Source: Candidatus Heimdallarchaeota archaeon
GTDB lineage: Archaea > Asgardarchaeota > Wukongarchaeia > Wukongarchaeales > JBHIFL01
Length of the DNA stretch: 64,000 nucleotides
Direction of reading: 5' to 3'
Assembly (NCBI GenBank): GCA_046761065.1
Contig: JBHIFL010000008.1
Coordinates: 7,306 to 71,305, forward strand
Shown here: positions 1 to 9,073 of the stretch, one piece after another
Position numbering within the stretch: position 1 is the stretch's first letter
How the letters are laid out: every line of letters starts with the position of its first letter
Translations under genes and position numbers: made by a program
Notes under the pieces: model-generated
What the model saw: the letters and a program-made list of their open reading frames with translations, nothing else
What the model was told of the DNA's origin: nothing
The model's database searches: none

Positions 1-156
1 TATTCAAAGAGATTAAAGGATTGGATTAATGACCTTAACTTTACACCTCACGATCGAATGAGTTGCCACAATAGTTCCGAGTCCACTCGTACCGTAAAAG
101 GGGAGAACCTTCTTTGGGACATTTTCTGGGGTCTCTCCTACAGAAAATTATGTTAA
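1..156 (+). CDS. 3' end of an unidentified CDS entering from upstream (partial)
   Basis: Frame 1 is open from base 1 to TAA at 154-156 (51 codons, ending LLWDIFWGLSYRKLC). No motif recognised. Confidence 0.25.
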   Translation, partial: YSKRLKDWINDLNFTPHDRMSCHNSSESTRTVKGENLLWDIFWGLSYRKLC

Positions 157-362
157 TCGATCGTAAAACTGCTAGAACTTCTCAAATTTTGCGCGGTAAT
201 ACTTGCCATGCAGATATATGTTACATTTCAAACTTTACTTAGAGTTTAATTTGCTAATTGGTTATTTTTTAACGAAATAATTTTATTTTTATAAAAGAAA
301 TTATAATATATTTTTGGGGAATAAAAATAATATTTTATATAAATTAAACTGGGGTTCACATT

Positions 363-782
363 TTGTCTATTCTAAAAATTAGGGAAGCCACCATTGGTCG
401 GACAATAGATCTAGAAAAGCCTGTATTTCTACCCAAGGTCTATAAAGATGTTCTTTCTAAAATGGGTGAGACTTCAATTCTTTTCATCTGTGATTCTAAT
501 ACAAAATGTATACGTATATTTTCCCATACCACTCATGCCATTTGGAGATTCTCATTGGTTTTGAATGCATCTCCGTCCCTAACTTTTCTTGAAAAACTGA
601 ATAATATACTCCAATAAAATGATGTGAAAAAGTTTTACTCCAGTGGAATGTGTATTAGAGGACAAACTTGCTATTATGAAGGATATATTACTGATCCCCA
701 ATATATCTCACTGGAAAAGTTGAAAAATGAGCTCAAAAACATTAGCGGTGTATTAAAAGTTACTATCGAAGCTGTCATGTAA
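363..782 (+). pseudogene. small regulator-like protein with an ACT-like C-terminal region, interrupted by an in-frame TAA (615-617)
   Basis: The track ORF 363..617 continues in the same frame after TAA 615-617 to TAA 780-782 (NDVKKFYSSGMCIRGQTCYYEGYITDPQYISLEKLKNELKNISGVLKVTIEAVM). The combined sequence has a beta-alpha-beta-beta-alpha-beta, ACT-like pattern spanning the stop. Domain assignment is by eye only. Confidence 0.35.
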
Positions 783-797
783 TGTTGATAAGGTCTT

Positions 798-2147
798 TTA
801 TGATGATGATGAAATTCCCTCGACCCAAGAGGGGCGTGTGCTGAAATTCTTGGCTTCGATGTGAAATTCAAGCGCTGTCGTGTTCACCTCATGTAGATCT
901 TCAGAAATTATTCTCCTCTTGATGAACCGTTTTCTCAACTCCTCTGCGAAAGCTTCAGGAAATATAATCACTTCTTTTTGATCATCAAACCGCTCATACC
1001 CGTCAAATGAGGGGCCAAGAGGATCAATACTCCATCGCATATGAAAATCTACTATGGGACCGTACCCTGCAGGTAGCTGTGTAAGACGAATGCGACGATT
1101 TTTTGTAACTTTTAACAGATCTAAACCAAACATACCGAGCCGAAACAATTCGGCATTTCCTCTAATTTCCTCATGGGTAAGTTCTATGAAGGTTCGGACA
1201 TGCCGACGAGGAACAATCTTGAGTTGAAAGTTATAAGATGGTGCAAATGCGGCACAAAGGGTTCCAAAATCATTTTCCGCAATACGCAACATTTCAAACG
1301 GCATAGGCATCCCGCCAAACTCGAAGATGCCTCCACGTTCACAATGACAACACATACATCCTTCTCCTTCTTCCTGACGTTCTTTGGCAGTCAAGATCGC
1401 TTGTTCCATCATTGTAGAATGGCCTGAGTCCGATAAATCAGCATAGAGTTTAGCAAAAATAGGGTTATTATTTTTACTTGATGGAGTAATCAAATTAAGG
1501 AAGATCTCAAAAGGGATCGTAGAAACATATCGTTCTTCTGGGGTGAGTTTGACCGAGTTTCCTGCGCATTCTTGAATGATGAGCTGTTGACTCTCTTTTA
1601 TTGCATGAAGAATCATCTCTAACTGCTCTAGCGGCATTTGCAGAAAATCCATATAAAGATTGGTAGGAAACGTAATAAGAGAGATTCCATATGCCATGTT
1701 GGGAATGGCAGAACTTATATTATCAACCCGGACCATTGGTGGGAATCGGTCAATTAAAGAAATGGCAGAATTAGGTTCAAATGAATATTTGTGCAAGCTC
1801 GTAGAAAACAAATCGTCGCCCATTTTGACTCTATTTTGTTGATCGATCATTAAAATTGGGAGGCAAAAAGCCGTCCCTGATACCAATTTATCAAACTCAT
1901 GGGATATTTTGGGGGGTGTTGTTTGGAGTGAAAGTGGGTTATCATTTCGCGCGGCACGAATATAGGAAACTCCCCCATGAACTTTACCTATATATTGTCC
2001 GTTTAGTTGGATTTTTCTTGTTCTGAATGGATCATAACGCTTGATTGGAAATCGGAATGGAGGAACGCCTTGAGCGTTCTCTTCTGTTATAATGCCCCAA
2101 TGCATAAACGGAATATACTTTGGCACTTCTTCATTGACTTTCCGCAC
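798..2147 (-). CDS. GalT-branch HIT-superfamily nucleotidyltransferase-like protein, paralog A (catalytic HxHxQ motif missing)
   Basis: 449-aa ORF, roughly half identical by eye to the 3466..4822 product along its full length. The C-terminal half has CMCCHC plus the HIT-like QLKIVPRRH. Where the paralog reads GGSIDHIHGQLYADLSD, this copy reads SKNNNPIFAKLYADLSD, with no histidines. Confidence 0.7.
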   Translation of the reverse strand: MRKVNEEVPKYIPFMHWGIITEENAQGVPPFRFPIKRYDPFRTRKIQLNGQYIGKVHGGVSYIRAARNDNPLSLQTTPPKISHEFDKLVSGTAFCLPILMIDQQNRVKMGDDLFSTSLHKYSFEPNSAISLIDRFPPMVRVDNISSAIPNMAYGISLITFPTNLYMDFLQMPLEQLEMILHAIKESQQLIIQECAGNSVKLTPEERYVSTIPFEIFLNLITPSSKNNNPIFAKLYADLSDSGHSTMMEQAILTAKERQEEGEGCMCCHCERGGIFEFGGMPMPFEMLRIAENDFGTLCAAFAPSYNFQLKIVPRRHVRTFIELTHEEIRGNAELFRLGMFGLDLLKVTKNRRIRLTQLPAGYGPIVDFHMRWSIDPLGPSFDGYERFDDQKEVIIFPEAFAEELRKRFIKRRIISEDLHEVNTTALEFHIEAKNFSTRPSWVEGISSSS

Positions 2148-2417
2148 TCAATGTCACCTATTACGAGAAGTATTGCTCGAAAAAAGGTTTTTGCACGCAG
2201 TATCAATGGTGCAAGAAAAATTTTGGCGTGGCTTTTTATATTTTCCCTGGTATTATTCTCACTATTAGTTATTTATGTTACCTAATGAACTCAATTTTGT
2301 TATATTATAAAGACTGCTAGAACATGGTTTTGTGTGACATTTCCTAATTTTTCATTTAAATTCACTTGAAATCAAGCTTGCCTGGTTAAATCAAACAGCT
2401 TCCGCTCATGGGTTGAT

Positions 2418-3197
2418 CTATTCGAACCATCGGTTTAATGGTTTAGTTTTTGAGAAAGACAGCTCGTTTCGCAATTCCCGAATGGTTTCCCATTGCTTTC
2501 GCACGAAAGTGGGAAGTGTCCCTTGGATGATCCATTTTTTAAGAATTGAACGTGTTAAAGGGTCTGAAGGATATCCACTTCCAAAATCTTCGCCACATTC
2601 CCTCTTTAGTTTTTCAATTTGCTGATCTCTTTGGACTTTCGCTAAGATGGATGCTGCCGAAACAATAGGTATAGTCTCATCTGCTTTGTTTTTCGCTATG
2701 ATTTGAAAATTATATGTTTTAACAGTGCTTCCACCACGTAGATTATTCTTCCCTCGAGTCCATTCTGAATTCCTGTGTCCTTCAAGCTGAACAACCTCCC
2801 TAAACTTTGATTCAAATACCCGTGCATCTGGACCCAATGCATCCACGTATACTGTATTCGGCGCTAAAGAAAGACAAATCTGGACCATGTATTGCAGTTC
2901 AAGCTTGTTTAAGTTATTTTTTTCCGCCCTAATTGCAGCATCTATGCTTTGGGGAGAAATCTCAACATATTCCCACTTTGTTGCGAGTTCCTGGATTTTT
3001 CTGTAAAGTTCATTGCGTTTTGCTGGTGATAATTGCTTCGAATCTTTTACTTTAAGTTTTTTTAACTTTTCGAGGTTTTTCTCGGGAAGAATCAACCCTG
3101 CAATAACTAGAGGACCAATGACAGAACCTCTTCCTGCTTCATCAATTCCTCCAATCAATCTTTGCATTTCATGGGGTAGTTGAGTTTGCCTCATCAT
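2418..3197 (-). CDS. rnhB: ribonuclease HII
   Basis: Motifs GGIDEAGRGSVIGPLVIAG, DSKQLS, YVDALG, SAASILAKVQRD and GSGYPSD are typical of type 2 RNase H. Stop codon is TAG. Confidence 0.9.
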   Translation of the reverse strand: MMRQTQLPHEMQRLIGGIDEAGRGSVIGPLVIAGLILPEKNLEKLKKLKVKDSKQLSPAKRNELYRKIQELATKWEYVEISPQSIDAAIRAEKNNLNKLELQYMVQICLSLAPNTVYVDALGPDARVFESKFREVVQLEGHRNSEWTRGKNNLRGGSTVKTYNFQIIAKNKADETIPIVSAASILAKVQRDQQIEKLKRECGEDFGSGYPSDPLTRSILKKWIIQGTLPTFVRKQWETIRELRNELSFSKTKPLNRWFE

Positions 3198-3465
3198 AGA
3201 TCCCTAGTTCATGGGTCTTTTTCGATATTGCAATGAATTGTTTAAACATTCGGACATTCAGACAATTCCTTTTCGATTTAAGTGTTTTCCTAGCTATTTT
3301 TTGCAAAGATTGATAAATAATTGTTTTCTAAAGAAAAACCTATTAAAGCTCTCAACTTTGAAGAATCTGATATTCGCTTAACCAAAAAGGTACTTAAAGC
3401 ACTAGGTGAAAAACTCATTATTTTCATCTATAAAGTAAAATAGGTTCTATAAGGTGACAAGGGAT

Positions 3466-4822
3466 ATGCGACAAATTGATGAATCGACGCCTCAAGTGAT
3501 TCCATTCATGCATAGAAGCGCACTCAGTCGTGTTCTTCGCAGATTGGGGAATCATCTCAAAAACTAATATGGTGGGTGTCGAACCCTGGCAGTATCCAAT
3601 TAAACGATTTGATCCATTTCGAATGCGGCCTATCCGAATTAAAGAACAGCCGATAGGAAAGATAACAGGTCGATTCACCTATATAAGTGCAGTTAGAGCG
3701 CAAAGGCCTATGACCATAACTCCCGCTTCTATAGGTGAGAAGTCCCCCACACAATTTGTGTATGAGAAGATAGTTTTAGGTCAAGACTATTGTATCCCTA
3801 TTTTGACAGTAGATGGAAACCAAGAACTCCAGATATATAACAATCTTTTTTCAACCACTGCCCATAAATACGATTTCGCGGAAGATTCGGTTATCTCAAT
3901 TATCAATAAATTTCCTGCCATGGTTCGCTATGATGAATCTAACAGTGGCATCCCGAACCTTGCTCGAGGGCTTTGTTTGGTTGCGTTTCCCACGAAACAT
4001 TATACACGATTATTAGATATGCCAAATGATGCTATTTCAGACCTTTTGTTGGCATTACAGGAGTCACAACGATTAATTGCTGACACAACAACGGGGAAAA
4101 TCGTTCCACTGGTTCCTGAAGGGCGATACGTTGAGACTGTCACTATTGAAGTTTTCTTTAACATCGGAGCAGCTGTTGGAGGATCAATTGATCACATTCA
4201 CGGTCAACTTTACGCTGATCTTTCAGATACTGGACATTCGATCACCACCGAATGGGCTATCTTAACGGCGCAAGACAAAGAGCTAGGGTGCATCTCATGC
4301 CGAATGATACAGGGAGATATTAAGGAACTGGGAGGCATCCCTTTCCCATTCGATCGCTTAAAGATCGCTGAAAACGCATATGGAGTCTTGTATGCGAGTT
4401 TTGCTCCGACAGCTAATTATCAGTTAAAAATTATCCCGCGCCTTCACCGCCGTTTTTTCACGGATTTCACCCCGGAGGAACTTGATGCACTTGCAGAATT
4501 GCTACGGTTAGCTTTTTTTGGCCTTGATTACCTGGAAGTTCCGGCAGATAGGAATATACGGTTGACACAACTTCCCCATGGATATGGGGCCGAGACAGAT
4601 TTCCATTGTCGATGGTCGATCGATCCATTTGATACTTTTGGGGGTTTTGAGCGGAGAGGTGATCAGAAGGTTGCAAAAGTGTTTCCAGAGCATATAGCTT
4701 CGATGTTACGCCACCTCTTTCTCCAGCGACGCATTATTACACCCGACTTGTATCACATCAATAGTGCTGAGCTAAACAAACACATCAGAGCCAAACGATT
4801 GAGCCAACTTCTTTCTGATTAA
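3466..4822 (+). CDS. GalT-branch HIT-superfamily nucleotidyltransferase-like protein, paralog B (HxHxQ present); frame interrupted by 31 nt at 3514-3544
   Basis: ATG 3466 follows GGTGA (3453-3457) and encodes MRQIDESTPQVIPFMH, collinear with the paralog A N-terminus. The frame resumes at TGG 3545 (WGIISKTN...). The uninterrupted track ORF starts at GTG 3530. Contains FFNIGAAVGGSIDHIHGQLYAD (GalT-type HxHxQ), then CISC and YQLKIIPRLH (second, degenerate HIT half). Confidence 0.75.
3514..3544 (+). other. 31-nt frame-breaking insertion; candidate bulge-helix-bulge mini-intron
   Basis: Removing 3514-3544 joins ...ATG CAT to TGG GGA... and gives a gap-free alignment to paralog A. A hand fold gives two 3-nt bulges separated by a 4-position helix and flanked by helices (details in findings). 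Confidence 0.35.
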
Positions 4823-4977
4823 CATCTTTCAACACAAAATGCGTTTAAGTGAGGGAATTTAATTCGCAGAAATCTTTATCTCTTGGTGCGAAAAGGAGAT
4901 TCTGTCAATCTTGAATATTGGGTTGATTGATTAGTATAAAAATCAGGATCTTAATATTAAAGAAAGTGGGATGTCTG

Positions 4978-5637
4978 ATGATCGATTTTTCAACAGTTAG
5001 GGTTGTTGATCTTACAGATCCATTACGAACGGGAATGCCTGTTTATCCAGGGGATCCTGAAGTTCAGATCAATCAAATTTTCACAATCGAACACGATGGA
5101 GAAAGTGTCTTTGAATTCCATTTGAGTTCTCAAAGTGGGACACACCTCCAAAGTGGGTATTACTTTTTACAAGATGGGCAAACGCTGGATCAGGTGAATC
5201 CTGTCTCCTTCTTCGGCTGGACGAAGATAATTGATGTTCCATTACACCTCTTCTCACTTAAGGACTTTAAGCACGTATTATTGGATCTCCACAATGTCGA
5301 TTTTGTCATTTTAAGATCTGGTTATGGCGAAAAATTGAAAAAAATCACATATGATGATATTGAGTCTCCCAATAGACCCCGATTGGATATGGATATGGCC
5401 AAATGGTTGGTTAAAACAGGAATTAAATTGATAGGGGTTGATTCATTTGGGCTAGATCCTTATCCCGATTTTCGAGTTAACAAATATCTTTGTCGAGCTG
5501 GTATATTAATCTTGGAAGGGCTAGTGAATTTGTTTTCATTACAAACGTCCCACGTGTTTTTAATTGCTTTACCTCTTCTTGTTATAGGAACTGAAGGAGC
5601 TCCATGTCGCGTGCTTGCCTTAGAACCAATATCATGA
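4978..5637 (+). CDS. cyclase-family (kynurenine formamidase-like) protein with a degenerate metal-binding motif
   Basis: VVDLTDPLRTGMPVYPGDPEV matches the cyclase-family N-terminus. The expected HxGTHxDxPxH reads QSGTHLQSGYY. Start moved to ATG 4978 (MIDFSTVRV), internal to track ORF 4927..5637. Confidence 0.65.
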   Translation: MIDFSTVRVVDLTDPLRTGMPVYPGDPEVQINQIFTIEHDGESVFEFHLSSQSGTHLQSGYYFLQDGQTLDQVNPVSFFGWTKIIDVPLHLFSLKDFKHVLLDLHNVDFVILRSGYGEKLKKITYDDIESPNRPRLDMDMAKWLVKTGIKLIGVDSFGLDPYPDFRVNKYLCRAGILILEGLVNLFSLQTSHVFLIALPLLVIGTEGAPCRVLALEPIS

Positions 5638-5728
5638 AGACTACTGGATTTTCTGGCAATTCCGTTGAAAATGGATTCATATAAGGCATGCACCCAGAAA
5701 AAATTAAGAATTACACGTCTTAAGCGCA

Positions 5729-7033
5729 TTGTTGATGATTACTTTGAATTCGACAACATCCTCACGAAAGAATGATAACTTTGCTCTCATTCATGGGCCA
5801 AGCCATGTCACGTTAACAAAGGGTTGTATGGAGGTTTTTGGAAAGATAATTGAGCAAGGAGAATCATTTATCGTGCCCTATGGGAAAACAACACCTGTTA
5901 TCCTTCGATCAGAGACTCAACTCTCTGATCTTCAAGTCAAATCCGGTACAGGAGGAGCTCTCGAACATTTAACAGAGAATCCAATTCCTAAGTTATGGGG
6001 AGATCTTGCCAATCAACTCATCATGACCCGAGAAGCTCTTTGGATGATAATCGGTGGTCCTGATACTGGTAAAACTGGACTAATCACCTTCCTTGTCAAT
6101 CAATGTTTACTCAAAAACAGAAACACAGCAATCATTGATAGCGACATTGGACAGTCAAATATCGGTCCTCCCACTACCATCGGGCTTGCAATGCCTTCCT
6201 CACCAGAAATCTTTCTATCTAACCATCCAATGAAGCAAGGTTACTTTATCGGGTCAACAAGCCCTCGTAGCCATCTCCTTCAAACCTGTTGTGGTGTCCG
6301 GAAGTTGGTAGATTCTGCGTATGACCTTGGAGCTGAGATTGTTTTGCTTGATACCTCTGGCTATATTGAAGGATCTGCTGCACGAGCCTTGAAATACCAT
6401 AAAGCAGTGCTAATTGAGCCCTCCTCCATATTAGCTCTTCAACGTGAGAATGAATTAGAACATATTCTCACGTCCTTAGATAGTTTCGCACCTATAGTCC
6501 GCATGGACCCGCCTTTTTCAGTTCAGTTAAAAAATCATGATATTCGAGGTACCTATCGGGAAACACGGTTCAAGAAAGTCTTTGCAGGCGCCCGCTCAGT
6601 TACTTTTTCCTTTAAGGATGTCCGGTTGTTAGGAACCGCACTTGGGTATGGGACGTCCATTACAGCATATGAGAAATTAGTTAAGCTGCTTAATACAAAA
6701 ATTATATGGGCTCAGAAAAATTCTGATCGGTTGCTACTTGTAGTTCAGGAACAATTCTCCACACAAAACCTAGACTTGCTGAAAGAAGAGTATAACGTAA
6801 AACAAATCCAATTTATATTCTATCGAGACCTTCTAGGCTTGATTGTAGGGTTATTGGCTGAAAATCACACCTTCTTAACCGTAGGTCTTCTCCAAGACAT
6901 CCGATTTAATGAGAAGATAGTTATTCGCACAACAGTGAATAAACCAGAGCAAGTGAAATTCATTACATTGGGAAGGATCCAGCTTACCCAGGATGGGAAA
7001 CAGATCGGTCGGATTCCTGTTGGTTATCTCTAA
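5729..7033 (+). CDS. Clp1/Grc3-type polynucleotide 5'-hydroxyl kinase
   Basis: P-loop IIGGPDTGKTGL is followed by AIIDSDIGQSNIGPPTTIGLA, which matches the Clp1 signature (compare human GPTDVGKST ... ELDVGQGSVSIPG, recalled from memory). Confidence 0.8.
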   Translation: MLMITLNSTTSSRKNDNFALIHGPSHVTLTKGCMEVFGKIIEQGESFIVPYGKTTPVILRSETQLSDLQVKSGTGGALEHLTENPIPKLWGDLANQLIMTREALWMIIGGPDTGKTGLITFLVNQCLLKNRNTAIIDSDIGQSNIGPPTTIGLAMPSSPEIFLSNHPMKQGYFIGSTSPRSHLLQTCCGVRKLVDSAYDLGAEIVLLDTSGYIEGSAARALKYHKAVLIEPSSILALQRENELEHILTSLDSFAPIVRMDPPFSVQLKNHDIRGTYRETRFKKVFAGARSVTFSFKDVRLLGTALGYGTSITAYEKLVKLLNTKIIWAQKNSDRLLLVVQEQFSTQNLDLLKEEYNVKQIQFIFYRDLLGLIVGLLAENHTFLTVGLLQDIRFNEKIVIRTTVNKPEQVKFITLGRIQLTQDGKQIGRIPVGYL

Positions 7034-7119
7034 GAAGGCAAAAATTTAGATATCTATTCAAATTATATCTCATAAGAATAATTTAAAATGCACAAAAAAA
7101 GTTCATTTCATGAGTATAA

Positions 7120-8402
7120 ATGTTGAAAGACATAGGTAACTGTTTAATTCTACGTAATTTAATGGAATCTGATCGAGAATCTTTATTAGAACATGTTAAG
7201 AACGTTTTTGATAGCAACCAAGTTGGAGGGAGTGTTGTTCTCTTAACGAAGCAATTATTGGACTACTATCCAAGATTCTCTATGCAAGATAATTTTGTAG
7301 TTTCGACACTACACGAAACAATCAAGTTGTAGCCTGGCTCTGTTTACTTCGTAAAACCTGTGTTTTTGAAGGAGTTGAGCTCATTTATGGCCAAATGGAT
7401 ATGGTAGGAACCCAGAAAGAATATCGAAATCGCGGCCTTATACGTCAGCTCAGCAATGCAATTGACGAACGAGCCGCTGAATATGGTCTCCCATTCATTG
7501 TTGTTTTAGGGATTCCCTATTTTTACAAAAAACTTGGATATGATTATGCAATTGCTTTTGAAGAAAGTATTCGAATCCCTCTTGAACGCATTCCTCCTCT
7601 GCAGAAGGGTGAAGAAAAGGCGTTTAATATAGAAAAAGTCGATAATATGACTAATTTTAATCTATACTTAGCAATCCGAGCTAAACGAAATAAGCACTTA
7701 GATCTATATCAGCAAATACCAGTATCTTCCCTCAAATTTTATAGTTCTTTTAATTTAGAAGAAACTAATGAGGTTAGGCATTTTTATTTGGTCAAAAAGG
7801 AGGGGAAACCGATTGGGAATTTCTATATTGTAATGAGGTTTGGCTTTCTGAGAATTCGAGAATGCTATGTTGAGGATATGGCTGCGATTCCCAGTATTTT
7901 ACGATTTGCAAGAGATTTAGCTGCACAATATCAATTACCCATTACAATTGCAAAACCTGCACAAGCGGCTCTTATTCCAGTTATCAAACAAATTACTGGA
8001 ACCAACTTTACTGATCCCTATGCATGGTACGTTAAAATTCCGTCTTTGAAAATGTTTTTAGAAAAAATCACTGAAGTTTTGGAAAAACGATTGGAAAAAT
8101 CTCGATATCAAGGATTAGATGCTATTATTAGAATTAACAATTATAAAACAGGTATTGGTCTAATATTTCAAAATGGAAAGCTCAAATCTATCACAGAACT
8201 AAGTATGGAGGAGATACAAAATAGTAAACAGCCTTTCGATTTACAAATTCCTCCCGATATTTTTATTCAGTTACTTATGGGATATAGAACGATCGATGAA
8301 CTTGAAGCGATAACATTTGATGTTATTTGCACTAGTAAAATGAAAAGTTTACTGAATATACTCTTTCCAAAAGTAAAAGCCAGTTTGACACCTGCGATGT
8401 GA
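7120..8402 (+). pseudogene. Eis-like GNAT N-acetyltransferase with an apparent -1 frameshift near 7300
   Basis: Track ORFs 7120..7332 and 7395..8402 belong to one protein. The second frame is open from 7293 (..FDTTRNNQVVAWLCLLRKTCVFEGVELIYGQMDMVGTQKEYRNRGL, GNAT motif A). The frames overlap at the T-run 7301-7303. The C-terminus (IFIQLLMGYRTIDELE) resembles the SCP2-like tail of Eis-type enzymes. Confidence 0.6.
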
Positions 8403-8542
8403 TGACCACTACTATCAGTAATAAACAAAGCCAGTTAGACAATATTTCTTTATTATAATGAATATTTAATCCTATAATAGAAATAAATGGAACTGAATAA
8501 AATTGTTACTTAACTGTTGTTAGGCATATATAGTAGCAGATT

Positions 8543-9073
8543 TTAGGTTTTAAGGGTTGATCTTCTGTCTATCGCTTCTTTTATTATACGTAAGGCGTCT
8601 TCTTGATCGCCCCATCCAATCACTTTTGTCGTCTTACCCCGTTCTAAATGCTTGTAGGTATTAAAGAATTCTTCAATTTCTCTTAACAGATGTTTTGGAA
8701 TTGTAGCCAAAGATATAATTTCTTCCATCCGAGGATCATCTGTACAGACTGCCACGATTTTATCATCCTCTCCTGCTTCATCTTTCATCCGTAGTACCGC
8801 AACAGGCCGTGCAGAAACAATACAATTCGGAATTAACTGAATACCAGCGCTAATGAGAAGTAAGACGTCTAGGGAATCCCCATCTTCACACAGAGTTTTT
8901 GGAATATACCCATATGCTGTTGGATAAACAACTGAAGAATGAAGAATACGATCGACTACAATAGTTCCGAACTCTTTATTGAACTCATATTTTACCTTTG
9001 AACTCAGAGGGATTTCTATATGCACATAAATGACTTCTGGGGGATTGGGACCTGGGGGGATTATTTTGTTCAT
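8543..9073 (-). CDS. ppa: inorganic pyrophosphatase (family I)
   Basis: 176 aa with EIPLSSKVKYEF, DGDSLDVLLL and DDKIVAV..DDP motifs typical of soluble PPase. Confidence 0.9.
   Translation of the reverse strand: MNKIIPPGPNPPEVIYVHIEIPLSSKVKYEFNKEFGTIVVDRILHSSVVYPTAYGYIPKTLCEDGDSLDVLLLISAGIQLIPNCIVSARPVAVLRMKDEAGEDDKIVAVCTDDPRMEEIISLATIPKHLLREIEEFFNTYKHLERGKTTKVIGWGDQEDALRIIKEAIDRRSTLKT

Noticed and set aside
3335-3350. A 16-nt exact match, aaaacctattaaagct, shared between the rnhB/GalT-like intergenic region (3335-3350) and the intergenic region at 46800-46815, as a possible shared regulatory motif.
   Set aside because: One 16-mer coincidence is about what chance predicts for 64 kb of AT-rich sequence on two strands. 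The flanking bases diverge immediately, and the neighbouring genes are unrelated.
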